DNA of 64,000 nucleotides, from contig UQAZ01000002.1 in the NCBI GenBank assembly GCA_900539165.1, positions 13,559 to 77,558 of the forward strand, written 5' to 3'. Origin of the DNA: an uncultured Oscillospiraceae bacterium. Its GTDB lineage: Bacteria > Bacillota > Clostridia > Oscillospirales > Acutalibacteraceae. This document shows, piece after piece, positions 48,032-58,184 of this stretch. The translations under genes and the position numbers were made by a program. Numbering within the stretch: the stretch's first letter is position 1; every line of letters begins with the position of its first letter. A model generated the notes under the pieces. That model worked only from the letters and a program-made list of their open reading frames with translations, had not been told where the DNA came from and did no database searches.

Positions 48032-48895
48032 ATGAAAAAGGCTATTGCAGTATTTCTGGCAGTTGTAGTTGTTATATCTGCTGCTATGATTGGATGCTCT
48101 AAAAAGTCAGATGATGACGCAGACGCTTCTCAAACTGTCGGTTTAGGTGGTAACGAGGATGTTTATGACCTTGACGGTGATGACGAAAGCGGTGACGAAG
48201 AGACAGAGGTTGTCACCGACGAAAACGGAGAAACCGTAACAAATGAAGACGGAAAACCCGTTACCAGAAAAGTAACAAAGCACGCCAAAAAACCAAGCGG
48301 AACAACCACAACAATGAAACGCAAGGGTAATGAAGGAACAACGGCAAGTGAAGTCACCACTAAGGATGTTAAGGACGACAAAGTACCTACAACAAGTGCC
48401 AAGGGCGACCCTGTTGAATTCAGCGCCGAGGACCAAAACATATTAAAGCAAATGCTTGAAGTACCTTATCTTTACAATGCAAACTACGAGAATGCAGACG
48501 GTGTACCTACCGACATAGCTTCTCATGTTGCTATTTGGATGTCACAAAGAGACGGACTTAACACAACAGCGTTTGCAAGCGGTACAATCGTGCTTGACTT
48601 ATTCAAGTATTTCGGTCAAACCGTTGTAAACTTCAAAACGAACTGCAACGACTCAAAGGGTAACGCTGACATTACATACAACACCGCAAGCGACACCTTT
48701 ACCATTCCCGACGGAGAGGCTGAGAGACAAAAGGTTTCTCTTACATCAATCGAAGCACTCGGAAACAACAATTACTACAAGGTAACGGCAAAAGTTGAGG
48801 CTGCCGGAAGCATTTCAAAAGTAGTTGCGGTAGTTCAAAGAAACAAGCTTGATCCTTCGCTCGGCTTTAGTATCAAAGCACTTAAATGGTCATAA
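48032..48895 (+). CDS. Lipoprotein with an acidic D/E/T-rich linker and a C-terminal globular domain
   Basis: Signal peptide with lipobox MKKAIAVFLAVVVVISAAMIGCS. A low-complexity acidic stretch (DDDADAS...GDDESGDEETEVVTDENGETVTNEDG...) is followed by an ordered ~150-aa domain. AAGAGG RBS before the ATG at 48032. Confidence 0.6.
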   Translation: MKKAIAVFLAVVVVISAAMIGCSKKSDDDADASQTVGLGGNEDVYDLDGDDESGDEETEVVTDENGETVTNEDGKPVTRKVTKHAKKPSGTTTTMKRKGNEGTTASEVTTKDVKDDKVPTTSAKGDPVEFSAEDQNILKQMLEVPYLYNANYENADGVPTDIASHVAIWMSQRDGLNTTAFASGTIVLDLFKYFGQTVVNFKTNCNDSKGNADITYNTASDTFTIPDGEAERQKVSLTSIEALGNNNYYKVTAKVEAAGSISKVVAVVQRNKLDPSLGFSIKALKWS

Positions 48896-48924
48896 GAAAC
48901 CTACAAATTTAATATTACAATTCA

Positions 48925-48958
48925 AAAATCCACGGATTGCTTCTGTGGATTTTTTATT
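48925..48958 (+). terminator. Intrinsic terminator of the lipoprotein gene
   Basis: Stem AAATCCAC / GTGGATTT with an 11-nt loop, followed by TTTTTATTT. Confidence 0.45.
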
Positions 48959-49011
48959 TATATAAAAGTAAAAACGGCATAGCAACGCTACACCGTTTGA
49001 ATTAATAATTT

Positions 49012-49461
49012 TTAATATAATTTTTCGCCGTTTTCGATAGCCATAATCTGCTCAACACGAGCCTGATGTCTGCCGCCCTCAAATTCGGTATTAATAAACA
49101 CATCAACAAGCTCACAGGCTGTACCTGCTCCGATAACTCTGTCGCCCATACAAAGGCAGTTTGCATCGTTATGAAGTCTTGTATATTTTGCGCTGAAATA
49201 ATCGCTGCAGCAGCAAGCACGGATACCCTTTACCTTATTTGCAGCCATTGAAATTCCGACACCTGTACCACAACAAAGGACAGCAAGGTCTGCTTCACCC
49301 GAAACAACCTTATCACAAGCCTTTTGTGCGGAGATAGCATAATCAAATCTCTCCGGAGAATAGCAACCGACATCAATATAATCTACTCCCTGCTCCTCAA
49401 GGTGAGCCTTAATTGCTTCTTTAAGCGGAAAGCCTGCGTGGTCTGAACCTAATACTAACAT
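49012..49461 (-). CDS. rpiB: Ribose-5-phosphate isomerase B
   Basis: GSDHAG...CGTGVG.S.AANK..GIRA is the RpiB/LacAB signature. 149 aa. Confidence 0.9.
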   Translation of the reverse strand: MLVLGSDHAGFPLKEAIKAHLEEQGVDYIDVGCYSPERFDYAISAQKACDKVVSGEADLAVLCCGTGVGISMAANKVKGIRACCCSDYFSAKYTRLHNDANCLCMGDRVIGAGTACELVDVFINTEFEGGRHQARVEQIMAIENGEKLY

Positions 49462-49471
49462 AATGTTCTCC

Positions 49472-50137
49472 TTATTTTTTTAATTTTAATTCTCTCTCAG
49501 CCTGACTAAGCCTCAAATAAACGGGCATTAGTGACTTTGGAGAAATTGGTTTAATATTTTTTGCGGCGGCTGCAACAGAAACTGCGTTTTGATAAACACG
49601 CTCGTCATCTGCAAGAATACAATTATCAAGAGCCAAGCCCTCAATGCAAAGCTTTGCACCGTCGCCTGCTACAACGACCTTGTCGTACTCTGAAAGCTCT
49701 TTTCTTAAATCGTCGAGAGAAATTGCTCTATCATCACAAATGTGGCTTACAACGCCGTTCTCGACACGAAAGAGAGCGTTATAAAACTGCATTCTTCTTG
49801 CATCCATTACGGCACAAACAACCGTATCTTCATCTGCAAAATTATATGCAATCGCCTCAAGCGTGGAAACAGAATAGCAAGGAATGTCATTATTAAACGC
49901 AAGTCCCTTAACCGTTGCAACACCGATTCTTACCCCTGTAAACGAACCCGGACCCGCCGTTATTGCTATACCGTCAAGCTCATCATAGCTATGACCGACC
50001 ATAACATTTTTTATCATAGGCATCAGCGTTTCGCTATGCGTTAAGCCTGAATTTACAAATTCACTTTTTATTACCTTATCGCCGTCGGTCAATGCCACGG
50101 AGGCAGTAACGGCAGACGAATCAAGAGAAAGTATCAT
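49472..50137 (-). CDS. tsaB: tRNA threonylcarbamoyladenosine biosynthesis protein TsaB
   Basis: ILSLDSSAVTASVAL, ...DGIA...GPGSFTGVRIG.A..KGLA. This is the YeaZ-type inactive Kae1 paralog, 221 aa. Confidence 0.85.
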   Translation of the reverse strand: MILSLDSSAVTASVALTDGDKVIKSEFVNSGLTHSETLMPMIKNVMVGHSYDELDGIAITAGPGSFTGVRIGVATVKGLAFNNDIPCYSVSTLEAIAYNFADEDTVVCAVMDARRMQFYNALFRVENGVVSHICDDRAISLDDLRKELSEYDKVVVAGDGAKLCIEGLALDNCILADDERVYQNAVSVAAAAKNIKPISPKSLMPVYLRLSQAERELKLKK

Positions 50138-50578
50138 TCAATCCTCCTCTTTATAATCATACTTATGCTTGATTATAAAATGTCTTTCGTTCTCGGAAAG
50201 CTTTTCAATCTCGATAATTACTGCATCATCGGGAAGCGCTCCGAATATATTTTCGCTCCACTCTGCAACGATATAAGCATCGGTTTCCAAATAATCGAAA
50301 AAGCCTGTCGAATAAAGGTCATCCCAAGAATCGATTCGATACATATCGTAATGATAGACTTTATCGTTTTCACCGATATACTCGTTACAAATAGCAAAGG
50401 TGGGAGACGAAACATCGGCATTTATCCCCAAACCTTTTACAAAGCCGGAGGTAAATGCGGTTTTGCCCATACCAAGCCCTCCGAGAAAACCGATAACAGT
50501 TCCCTTAGGGCATATTTTTGCAAACGAAGCAGCCTTTTGCAAGGTGTCCTCATAGCTTTTACTAACAAATTCAGTCAT
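50138..50578 (-). CDS. tsaE: tRNA threonylcarbamoyladenosine biosynthesis ATPase TsaE
   Basis: P-loop GGLGMGKTAFTSG followed by SPTF...Y......YH.D.YR. 146 aa. Its stop abuts the tsaB start. Confidence 0.85.
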   Translation of the reverse strand: MTEFVSKSYEDTLQKAASFAKICPKGTVIGFLGGLGMGKTAFTSGFVKGLGINADVSSPTFAICNEYIGENDKVYHYDMYRIDSWDDLYSTGFFDYLETDAYIVAEWSENIFGALPDDAVIIEIEKLSENERHFIIKHKYDYKEED

Positions 50579-52247
50579 CAGAAAAGTCCCACCGTATTTC
50601 CGTTTTCGTCAATATCAATACGATATGCGGCAGGTGATTTTGAAAGACCCGGCATAGTCATAATCGAGCCTGTTTGGCACACAACAAAGCCTGCACCGTT
50701 AGAAAGAGACGCTGACGAAACGGTTATTCTAAAGCCCTGAGGCCTACCGAGAAGAGATGGATTATCTGAAAGGCTATACTGAGTTTTTGCCATACAAACA
50801 GGCATTTTGTCAGCACCAAGCTTAATAAATTCATCAAGTGAAGCCTTTGCCTGCTTGGTATAATCTACACCGTCTGCGCCATAGATTTCACGGGCAACAG
50901 TCTCGATTTTATCATAAAGCGGCATATCAATATCATAAAGGCAATGAAAGTTATTTTGTTTTTCACAAGCCTCAACAACCTTTTCGGCAAGTTCGATTGA
51001 GCCTGCTCCGCCCTCGGCAAAGCATTTTGTAACGGCAAAGTCTGCGCCTCTGTCCTTACAATACTGCTCGATATAATCAATTTCAGCCTGTGTGTCTGCA
51101 TAGAAATGATTAATTGCGACAACAACAGGAACGCCGAACTTTTTAAGATTATCAATATGCGCACCGAGGTTTGCACTGCCCTTTTTAAGAGCCTCTAAAT
51201 TCTCCTGCTTTAATTCATCCTTTGCAACACCGCCGTTATATTTCATAGAGCGAACGGTTGAAACGAGAACTATACAGGACGGAGCAAGCTGTGCAAAGCG
51301 ACATTTAATATCAAGGAATTTTTCTGCGCCCAAATCCGAACCGAAGCCTGCTTCCGTGATTGCATAATCTGCTAACTTCAATGCAGCCTTTGTGGCACGA
51401 ACGCTGTTACAGCCGTGCGCAATATTTGCAAAAGGTCCGCCGTGCATAATTGCAGGAGTGTTTTCCAAGGTTTGAACAAGGTTAGGCTTAATAGCCTCCT
51501 TTAACAAAACGGTCATTGCACCGTTAGCTTTAATATCCTTACAATAAACAGGCTGACCGTCATATGTGTAGGCAACCAAGATATTGCCCAATCTTTCCTT
51601 TAGGTCGAACAAGTCCTTACTCAAGCACAAAACAGCCATTACCTCGCTGGCAACGGTGATACAGAAATGGTCCTCACGAGGTACGCCGTTAATAGTACCG
51701 CCGAGAGATGAAATTATATTTCTGAGCGCTCTGTCGTTCATATCAAGGCATCTTTTTACCTGTATTCTGCGCGAATCAATATTAAGCTCGTTGCCCTGCT
51801 GAATTGAATTATCAAGCATGGCACACATCAGGTTATTTGCAGAAGTAATGGCGTGCATATCACCGGTGAAATGCAAATTGATATCCTCCATAGGTACAAC
51901 CTGAGAATATCCGCCTCCTGCCGCACCGCCCTTAATACCGAAAACAGGTCCGAGTGACGGCTCTCTGAGAGCGACAACAGCTTTTTTACCGATTTTATTC
52001 ATTGCCTCACCCAAGCCGATAGAAACCGTAGTTTTTCCTTCGCCCGCAGGTGTAGGATTAACGGCAGTAACCAAAACAAGCTTACCGTCCGGTTTATCCT
52101 CAAGGCGTGACATTACGCTATCGGAAATCTTTGCCTTATAATGACCGTAAGGTTCGAGTTCTGAGGCAGATATACCGAGCTGTGAAGCTATTTCGGTAAT
52201 ATCTTTCATCTGTGCATTCTGAGCTATTTCAATATCACTTAACATAT
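50578..52247 (-). CDS. fhs: Formate--tetrahydrofolate ligase
   Basis: MLSDIEIAQ......[16 protein letters not shown] and the full FTHFS length. The start is set at MLSD, preceded by a GGAGGG RBS. Confidence 0.95.
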
Positions 52248-52382
52248 AACGCCCTCCAATATTGATAACAAGATGATTATAACACATAAAGAGAAACATT
52301 CCAACAATAAAATTATATATTTATATTGAAAAAAAAGAAAATAAATAATATAATACATATATTACATTAAGGGAGGAATAAA

Positions 52383-53561
52383 ATGAGCGATATATCTACA
52401 TATCAGCCGCCCGAAAAGCGACAAAATATTCTGACGCTGTTAAAAGGCACCGACTTTTTTACGCTCTTTACTGCAATAGCAGCATCCGTTTACGGACTTA
52501 TCTGTGTTTACAGTGCCACATATTCCTCGCTGAAAACAGGACAAGTTATATCAAGCGATGTAAGAACAATGATTGTATCGGTCTTAGGTGGCTTGATAGT
52601 TGCGATATTTATATCGAATATTGACTACGAATCTATTTCTAAATTTTGGCCGATAATTGCGGCAGGCTGTGTAGGTTTAATGATATTTACATTGTTTTTC
52701 GGTGTTGCACCGCCTGCACGACCCGACTCAAAATGCTGGATAGACCTAAAAGTGTTTTATTTTCAGCCGTCGGAGCTGTTAAAGGTAGGATTCATAATTT
52801 CATTTTCCTACCATTTGGATTTAGTAAGAGACAAGATTAACAAAATCAAGACGATTATTCCGCTTGTTATTCACGGAGCGATACCGGTAGGCTTAGTTGT
52901 GCTGACGGGTGACGCAGGCTCTGCGTTAATCTTTTTGATTATGTTTATAGGAATGCTGTTTTTTGCAAGGGTTAATGTAGGATACTTTATTGCAGGATTT
53001 TGTGCAATATTTGTAAGCTTTGTGCTTGCATGGAAAACCGGAATAATCAGCGGTATTCAAAGACAAAGAATCATTGCTTTATTTTATCCCGAGCAATATG
53101 CAGACGCTATGTATCAGCAGACTAACGGAAAAATTGCAATGGGTTCGGGCGGATTATTCGGTCAAGGCTTTTTGCAAGGAGGAATGACGCAAAGCGGTGC
53201 CGTACCCGTAAACGAGAGCGATATGGTACTGAGCGTTGCCGCAGAGGAATTCGGATTTGTCGGAGTTTGTGCAGTGCTGTTGCTGTTATCATTTTTGATT
53301 TTAAGAATGATAAACATAGGAATGCGTGCAAAAGACAACGCAGGATATTTAATGTGTGCGGGAATTGCGGTAATGCTGTTTGCACAGGTACTGGTTAATG
53401 TCGGAATGGAGCTGTCGCTTCTTCCGTGTATAGGTATTACGCTTCCGCTGTTTTCTGCGGGAGGAAGCTCGTCGCTTTGTATTTACTTAGCGCTTGGCAT
53501 TGAGCTGTCTGTTTACAGATTTTCAAAAACACCGAGAGAAACGCTGTTCTATACAAGATAA
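52383..53561 (+). CDS. SEDS family peptidoglycan glycosyltransferase (FtsW/RodA/SpoVE)
   Basis: Ten-TM SEDS pattern: ...DLKVFYFQPSEL.K..FII......GDAGSALIF...M....G.....PE...D.....GE.GF.G. 392 aa. The specific subtype is not assignable. Confidence 0.85.
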   Translation: MSDISTYQPPEKRQNILTLLKGTDFFTLFTAIAASVYGLICVYSATYSSLKTGQVISSDVRTMIVSVLGGLIVAIFISNIDYESISKFWPIIAAGCVGLMIFTLFFGVAPPARPDSKCWIDLKVFYFQPSELLKVGFIISFSYHLDLVRDKINKIKTIIPLVIHGAIPVGLVVLTGDAGSALIFLIMFIGMLFFARVNVGYFIAGFCAIFVSFVLAWKTGIISGIQRQRIIALFYPEQYADAMYQQTNGKIAMGSGGLFGQGFLQGGMTQSGAVPVNESDMVLSVAAEEFGFVGVCAVLLLLSFLILRMINIGMRAKDNAGYLMCAGIAVMLFAQVLVNVGMELSLLPCIGITLPLFSAGGSSSLCIYLALGIELSVYRFSKTPRETLFYTR

Positions 53562-53591
53562 AAAAATTTTTCAAAAACTATATTAACAGTC

Positions 53592-53627
53592 AAAAGCCTT
53601 TTGAGCAAATGCTCAAAAGGCTTTTTT
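53592..53627 (+). terminator. Strong intrinsic terminator of the SEDS gene; the hairpin overlaps the cca stop codon
   Basis: Perfect 15-bp stem AAAAGCCTTTTGAGC / GCTCAAAAGGCTTTT with a loop AAAT, followed by TTTTTT on the + strand. The right arm encodes the last four codons and the stop of the convergent cca gene. Confidence 0.6.
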
Positions 53628-54944
53628 ATCTGCAAGAGAAATCAAATACTCTTTATTATTACAATTTTTATCCTCAATCACTCTGTCAAGCAAGCGGTCA
53701 AGTTCGTGTTTAATTTCGCTGCCCTTGTATCCAAGCTTAATCAAATCGTCACCGTTTACTGCAAGGTGTGAAAGCTTATACGGCTCGTTTGAATTAATAA
53801 TCTGCTCGCACATTTTTCGTGTAACTTCGAGAGAAACGCAGGTATCACGCACTTTTTCGGGGTTATGAGTAAGCATATCCGCTGTTTTAACATCTATAAA
53901 ATCAAGCGTCATATCCTCACCGAGAAGCTTCAGCCAACGCTTAATACTCACGGGGTCGGGATAGATATGTTCATCGTGAATTTTTACAAGTAAAGTAGTT
54001 TTATCATAAACCTCACGGCTTACCTTTAACCGTTTAAGCACGGTGCAGGCAATATCGTAGCTGACCGTCGGGTGCGTCTTAAAATGGTCGATACCGTGGG
54101 AATCCGTCTTTTTGACAAACGGCTTACCCGAATCGTGAAGAAGCATTGCAAGTCGGATATAATCCTTTTTTGGCGCAACAGCTACGGATTTAACGCTGTG
54201 GGTATAGACATCCCAAATATGCCACGGACTGTTCTGTTTGCAATCAAAGGACGGCACAAGCTCGGGAATGACCTGTGCGATTACTTCCTTATATTTCAAC
54301 AGGACTTTGTCGCAGGAGTCGCTCAAAAGAAGCTTAACAAGCTCAACATAAACCCTTTCAACTGCGATATTAGACAGCAGGGATTTATTATCAAAAATAC
54401 TCTTTGCCGTATTTTTTTCAATATCAAAGCCCAAAGCAGAGGAAAATCTGAGCGCACGCATTATACGCAGAGCGTCCTCGTTAAATCTAATATCGGGATC
54501 ACCCACACAGCGAATTATACCTAAATTTAAGTCTTCCCTACCGCCAAAGCAATCGACAAGTCCCTCGTCATCGTTATAAGCCATAGCATTAACGGTGAAA
54601 TCACGGCGAGCCAAATCCTCCTCGATACTGCTGACAAAGCAAACCCTTTCAGGGTGGCGATTATCCTTATATTCGCCGTCAGTACGAAAAGTGGTTATCT
54701 CATACGGGATATGATTAACTAATGCGGTGATTGTGCCGTGCTTCAAGCCTGTCTCAATAAACCTGATACCGGCAGACTGCAAAACCTGCTCCGTCTGCTC
54801 GGGAAGTGCCGAAGTGGTTATATCCACATCCTTAGGCTCTGCCCCCATAAGCGAGTCCCTGACGCAACCGCCGACGGCATAAGCCTTATACCCCGCAGAA
54901 TGCAAGAGCGATATTAATTTTTTTGCATCCTGTGATAATTTCAT
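53613..54944 (-). CDS. cca: CCA-adding tRNA nucleotidyltransferase with an HD domain
   Basis: Pol-beta NTase motif YAVGGCVRD...DVDI and RRDFT.NA, and a downstream HD phosphohydrolase motif (LHDSGK). Confidence 0.85.
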   Translation of the reverse strand: MKLSQDAKKLISLLHSAGYKAYAVGGCVRDSLMGAEPKDVDITTSALPEQTEQVLQSAGIRFIETGLKHGTITALVNHIPYEITTFRTDGEYKDNRHPERVCFVSSIEEDLARRDFTVNAMAYNDDEGLVDCFGGREDLNLGIIRCVGDPDIRFNEDALRIMRALRFSSALGFDIEKNTAKSIFDNKSLLSNIAVERVYVELVKLLLSDSCDKVLLKYKEVIAQVIPELVPSFDCKQNSPWHIWDVYTHSVKSVAVAPKKDYIRLAMLLHDSGKPFVKKTDSHGIDHFKTHPTVSYDIACTVLKRLKVSREVYDKTTLLVKIHDEHIYPDPVSIKRWLKLLGEDMTLDFIDVKTADMLTHNPEKVRDTCVSLEVTRKMCEQIINSNEPYKLSHLAVNGDDLIKLGYKGSEIKHELDRLLDRVIEDKNCNNKEYLISLADKKAF

Positions 54945-54980
54945 TTTTCTTCCTCAAAATAGGACTGTAAAATCCAACTG

Positions 54981-57917
54981 TTACAAATCTCTTTTTATTC
55001 CGAGAGTTACAATTTCAAACGGCGAATAATCAATAACATCCGTCTTATATTGCTCTCGTTCAAGCATATCAAGAACGGTAGCTTCAAACGGAAGCTTAAT
55101 ACTTCCTCGAGAGCCATTCTGCTCACTAAGTCTAAGAACAATCATTGTGCCGTCCTCGCTGAATTTTGCCGCCTGAAGAAACAATCCTTCAAATTTCTCA
55201 AGCGACCATTCAGCATCGGTTTTAACAAGCGGAACATTATATTCCAATGATATATTATTAATTCTTGCGGACACAGCATCTTTTTCGTGCGGCAAAATCA
55301 TATAGCAAAAGCTGTGCTGTCCCATATCGGAAGTGACATCGGGTCTGACGGTTGCACGAAGCAGAGACAGCGACATCGTATTATCCTTAAAGCCTACACC
55401 GTATTTGCAATCATTAATCAACGCAATACCGCCGTCGGTTTCTGACAGGTCGCACCAATTATGATGGCAAACCTCAAAACGAGCCTGCTGCCACGATGTA
55501 TTGGTATGGGTATCACGCTCTATATAGCCTGCGCTTATATCGCAAAGGGCTTTACGAGTAAGAACATTACACGCAAACTCTGCCTTTGCAAGTCTGTGTT
55601 TTTCGTGCCAATCAACATTATTTTCCACCTCAATGCCCCTGCTCCTCTTAAAGAAGCGAACGAACATAGTCCAGGTGGATTTTTCTGTTTTAAGCACAGT
55701 CTTGAGTTCTAAGCATTCATTATCCGCACGACTGAAATCAAGCGGAGACGACACGGTGATTTCTGCCTGTTTATCCTTATAATTAGGCAAAATATCCCAC
55801 GCATCATAATTACCCGGCTTATCAACATAGAGTTTAAGCTTATTAAACTCGCCCTTAGCCCAATCACGGCAAAGTTCCTTATCAAACAAACAGGCAAAGG
55901 AGCCGTCGGGATTAAGCTCTGCTCTATAATACGGAGTTTCGACCACGCCGTCGGCAAAGCTGTACCAGTCGCACTCGCCTTTTGAAGCTCTGAGTCTTTT
56001 TGATTCAAGGGCGGGAATATTAGGACAAATCCAATTACCCTTTTTACCGAAACGCACCGAGCTTCCGTTTTTGGAAGGAACAAAGGTAAGCGAGGTTCTG
56101 TCAAAATTAAGAGTATTAAAATAGAAATCACCTGTGCCGATAAGGCTGTCGAGCTGTGATTCTATATATTCATAATCCTTAACAGCATCCTCATATACGG
56201 GATGAATATGCGAGCCGGGGATAATATCGTGAAACTGATTAACCAAAAATCTTTTATAAAGTTCCGTGATTTTATCCTGATTATTTTCATTTTTCATCAC
56301 ACCGAGCATTTCTGCGGTGCGGAATTTATATTCAAGGCGTCTGTTTATCTTTTTAAGTTCAGCCTTTGTAGTGAATGTGCCACGGTGCATTTCGAGATAA
56401 AGTTCACCGTCCCAAACCTGAAGATTTTTATTATTCTTTAGGTTTTTCTCCAAAAATTCGGCAGCGCCCATATGCTCACATTTCGGCATAACGGAGAGCT
56501 TTTCAAAGCGGTGCATAAGCTCAATCATTTCGTCGGTGCAGCCTGAGCCGCCGTCACCGTAGCCAAACATATTCATAGTTTGACCGCCTAAATCCTTATC
56601 TATGTACGCTTCCCAATTTTCCTGAATTTGAGACGGAGCATTCCAAGTGATAAAATGAGTGGGCGGAACGCAGGCAAGAAGCTCGCTTCCGTCAATACCT
56701 CGCCAAATGAAGTTATTATGCGGAAAACGATTTGTGTCATTCCATGTTGACATCTTATTAGATACGAAATAATCCACACCGCACTTTTTGAAAATCTGCG
56801 GCAAAATCCAACTATTACCGAAAACATCGGGAAGCCAAGCATTATTTACGAAAGAGCCGAACATTCTCTTATAAGTCATCTGACCGTAAAGGCATTGACG
56901 AATGAGGCTTTCGGCAGACGGAATGTTACAGTCAGGTTCTACATACATAGCTCCGACAGGTTCAAACTGACCGTTCTTAACCTTTTGCTGAAGTTCGCTG
57001 AAAACATCGGGATAGTATTTTTCCAATGTTTCATAAATATACGGTTGAGTATGGGTATACTTAAAGTCAGAGTACCTATCCATAAGGCGAAGCTGAATTA
57101 ACACGGTACGCAAATTCTTTTGAACAGCGTGAATTCTGCGCCAATAGTAGGCTATATCAAGATGAGAATGGGCAATAAAAGCGACATCACCGCTACCCTT
57201 ATATGTATCGTTTGCATAAATTACTTCGTCCACATATTTCTTTGCATCAGCCAAGCCGTCAAGGTCGTCGGATTCAAAGTCGATAAGAGACATCGCCTTA
57301 TCAAGCTCACGATTAAGAAAAGCTCTGTAATCCTCATTAAAAAGCTCTGATTTTGCCACATCCAAAAGAAGTTCAAAGTCCCACACAAGCTCCTGCACGC
57401 TGTGATTAACGGTGCAAAGATAAGCGCCCTCAAAAATTTGGCGGCAGCCTCTTACGCGCAGGCTTTCGGGATTACGCTCATCATCGGGTTTTGAGCGATT
57501 ATAACCCATCATTTCGATATGAAGCGTATCTGCGGTATCAACATACGGCGACAAAAGCATACGCTCTCTGTTTGGGTCAACTCCGCCGACATATTTACCG
57601 TTAATCTTAACACAGATTTCAGCGGCGGTTTTCAGCGACAGCCAAAGTTCCTTATCTCTAAGCTCGGCAGGCACGTCAACATCAGCCTTAATGAATGCCG
57701 TGCCGTCGGGAGTAAAATACATATCTCCCCTATTTAGAGGGCGGTAATCGTCGCTGTAATATTCAAATTCCATTTCGGATACCTGACGGGCATCCCTAAT
57801 CATTAAATTTTTAATTTCCCATTTTGAGGAATAAATATGCCTTTTAAGCCAGCCAAAGCGTAAGTCTGTCCATTCTTCGGGACGCATTGAGCGTCTGACA
57901 ACCTTAATATGAGCCAT
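54981..57917 (-). CDS. Glycoside hydrolase family 38 alpha-mannosidase (cytoplasmic; no signal peptide)
   Basis: The GH38 catalytic N-domain motif AHSHLDIAYYW (H-x-H-x-D...W), plus the central and C-terminal beta-sandwich domains. 978 aa. Confidence 0.85.
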   Translation of the reverse strand: MAHIKVVRRSMRPEEWTDLRFGWLKRHIYSSKWEIKNLMIRDARQVSEMEFEYYSDDYRPLNRGDMYFTPDGTAFIKADVDVPAELRDKELWLSLKTAAEICVKINGKYVGGVDPNRERMLLSPYVDTADTLHIEMMGYNRSKPDDERNPESLRVRGCRQIFEGAYLCTVNHSVQELVWDFELLLDVAKSELFNEDYRAFLNRELDKAMSLIDFESDDLDGLADAKKYVDEVIYANDTYKGSGDVAFIAHSHLDIAYYWRRIHAVQKNLRTVLIQLRLMDRYSDFKYTHTQPYIYETLEKYYPDVFSELQQKVKNGQFEPVGAMYVEPDCNIPSAESLIRQCLYGQMTYKRMFGSFVNNAWLPDVFGNSWILPQIFKKCGVDYFVSNKMSTWNDTNRFPHNNFIWRGIDGSELLACVPPTHFITWNAPSQIQENWEAYIDKDLGGQTMNMFGYGDGGSGCTDEMIELMHRFEKLSVMPKCEHMGAAEFLEKNLKNNKNLQVWDGELYLEMHRGTFTTKAELKKINRRLEYKFRTAEMLGVMKNENNQDKITELYKRFLVNQFHDIIPGSHIHPVYEDAVKDYEYIESQLDSLIGTGDFYFNTLNFDRTSLTFVPSKNGSSVRFGKKGNWICPNIPALESKRLRASKGECDWYSFADGVVETPYYRAELNPDGSFACLFDKELCRDWAKGEFNKLKLYVDKPGNYDAWDILPNYKDKQAEITVSSPLDFSRADNECLELKTVLKTEKSTWTMFVRFFKRSRGIEVENNVDWHEKHRLAKAEFACNVLTRKALCDISAGYIERDTHTNTSWQQARFEVCHHNWCDLSETDGGIALINDCKYGVGFKDNTMSLSLLRATVRPDVTSDMGQHSFCYMILPHEKDAVSARINNISLEYNVPLVKTDAEWSLEKFEGLFLQAAKFSEDGTMIVLRLSEQNGSRGSIKLPFEATVLDMLEREQYKTDVIDYSPFEIVTLGIKRDL

Positions 57918-57929
57918 CGTTTTTTCTCC

Positions 57930-58184
57930 TTAAATATCCTGAAAATACGGTTTCTTGCGAATAGGATTAACTGTCAAAGATTTATGACAATCATTTTTAA
58001 TTTGCTCCTCAATCCAAGCAACGCACCTATCCAAAATCAAGCATTTTGAACATTCGCCACGAAAAATCAGGCTAAGCTCATTCCCGTCAAGCGAGGAAAA
58101 CTCTACCCATCCCCCGTCACCTTGAATTTTAGGTTGTAAAACATTTTCTACATAGGTTTTAATATCATTCATACTAAGCCTCAC
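57930..58184 (-). CDS. NifU-like (Nfu-type) domain protein
   Basis: 84 aa with GGWVEF...L.L.F.GEC..C, which resembles the NifU C-terminal CxxC scaffold. Overlaps the phosphoglucomutase stop. Confidence 0.65.
   Translation of the reverse strand: MRLSMNDIKTYVENVLQPKIQGDGGWVEFSSLDGNELSLIFRGECSKCLILDRCVAWIEEQIKNDCHKSLTVNPIRKKPYFQDI

Noticed and set aside
48143-48441. Two ~95-aa minus-strand ORFs inside the lipoprotein gene
   Set aside because: They are mirror-frame artefacts of the low-complexity acidic-repeat coding region. They have no start context.
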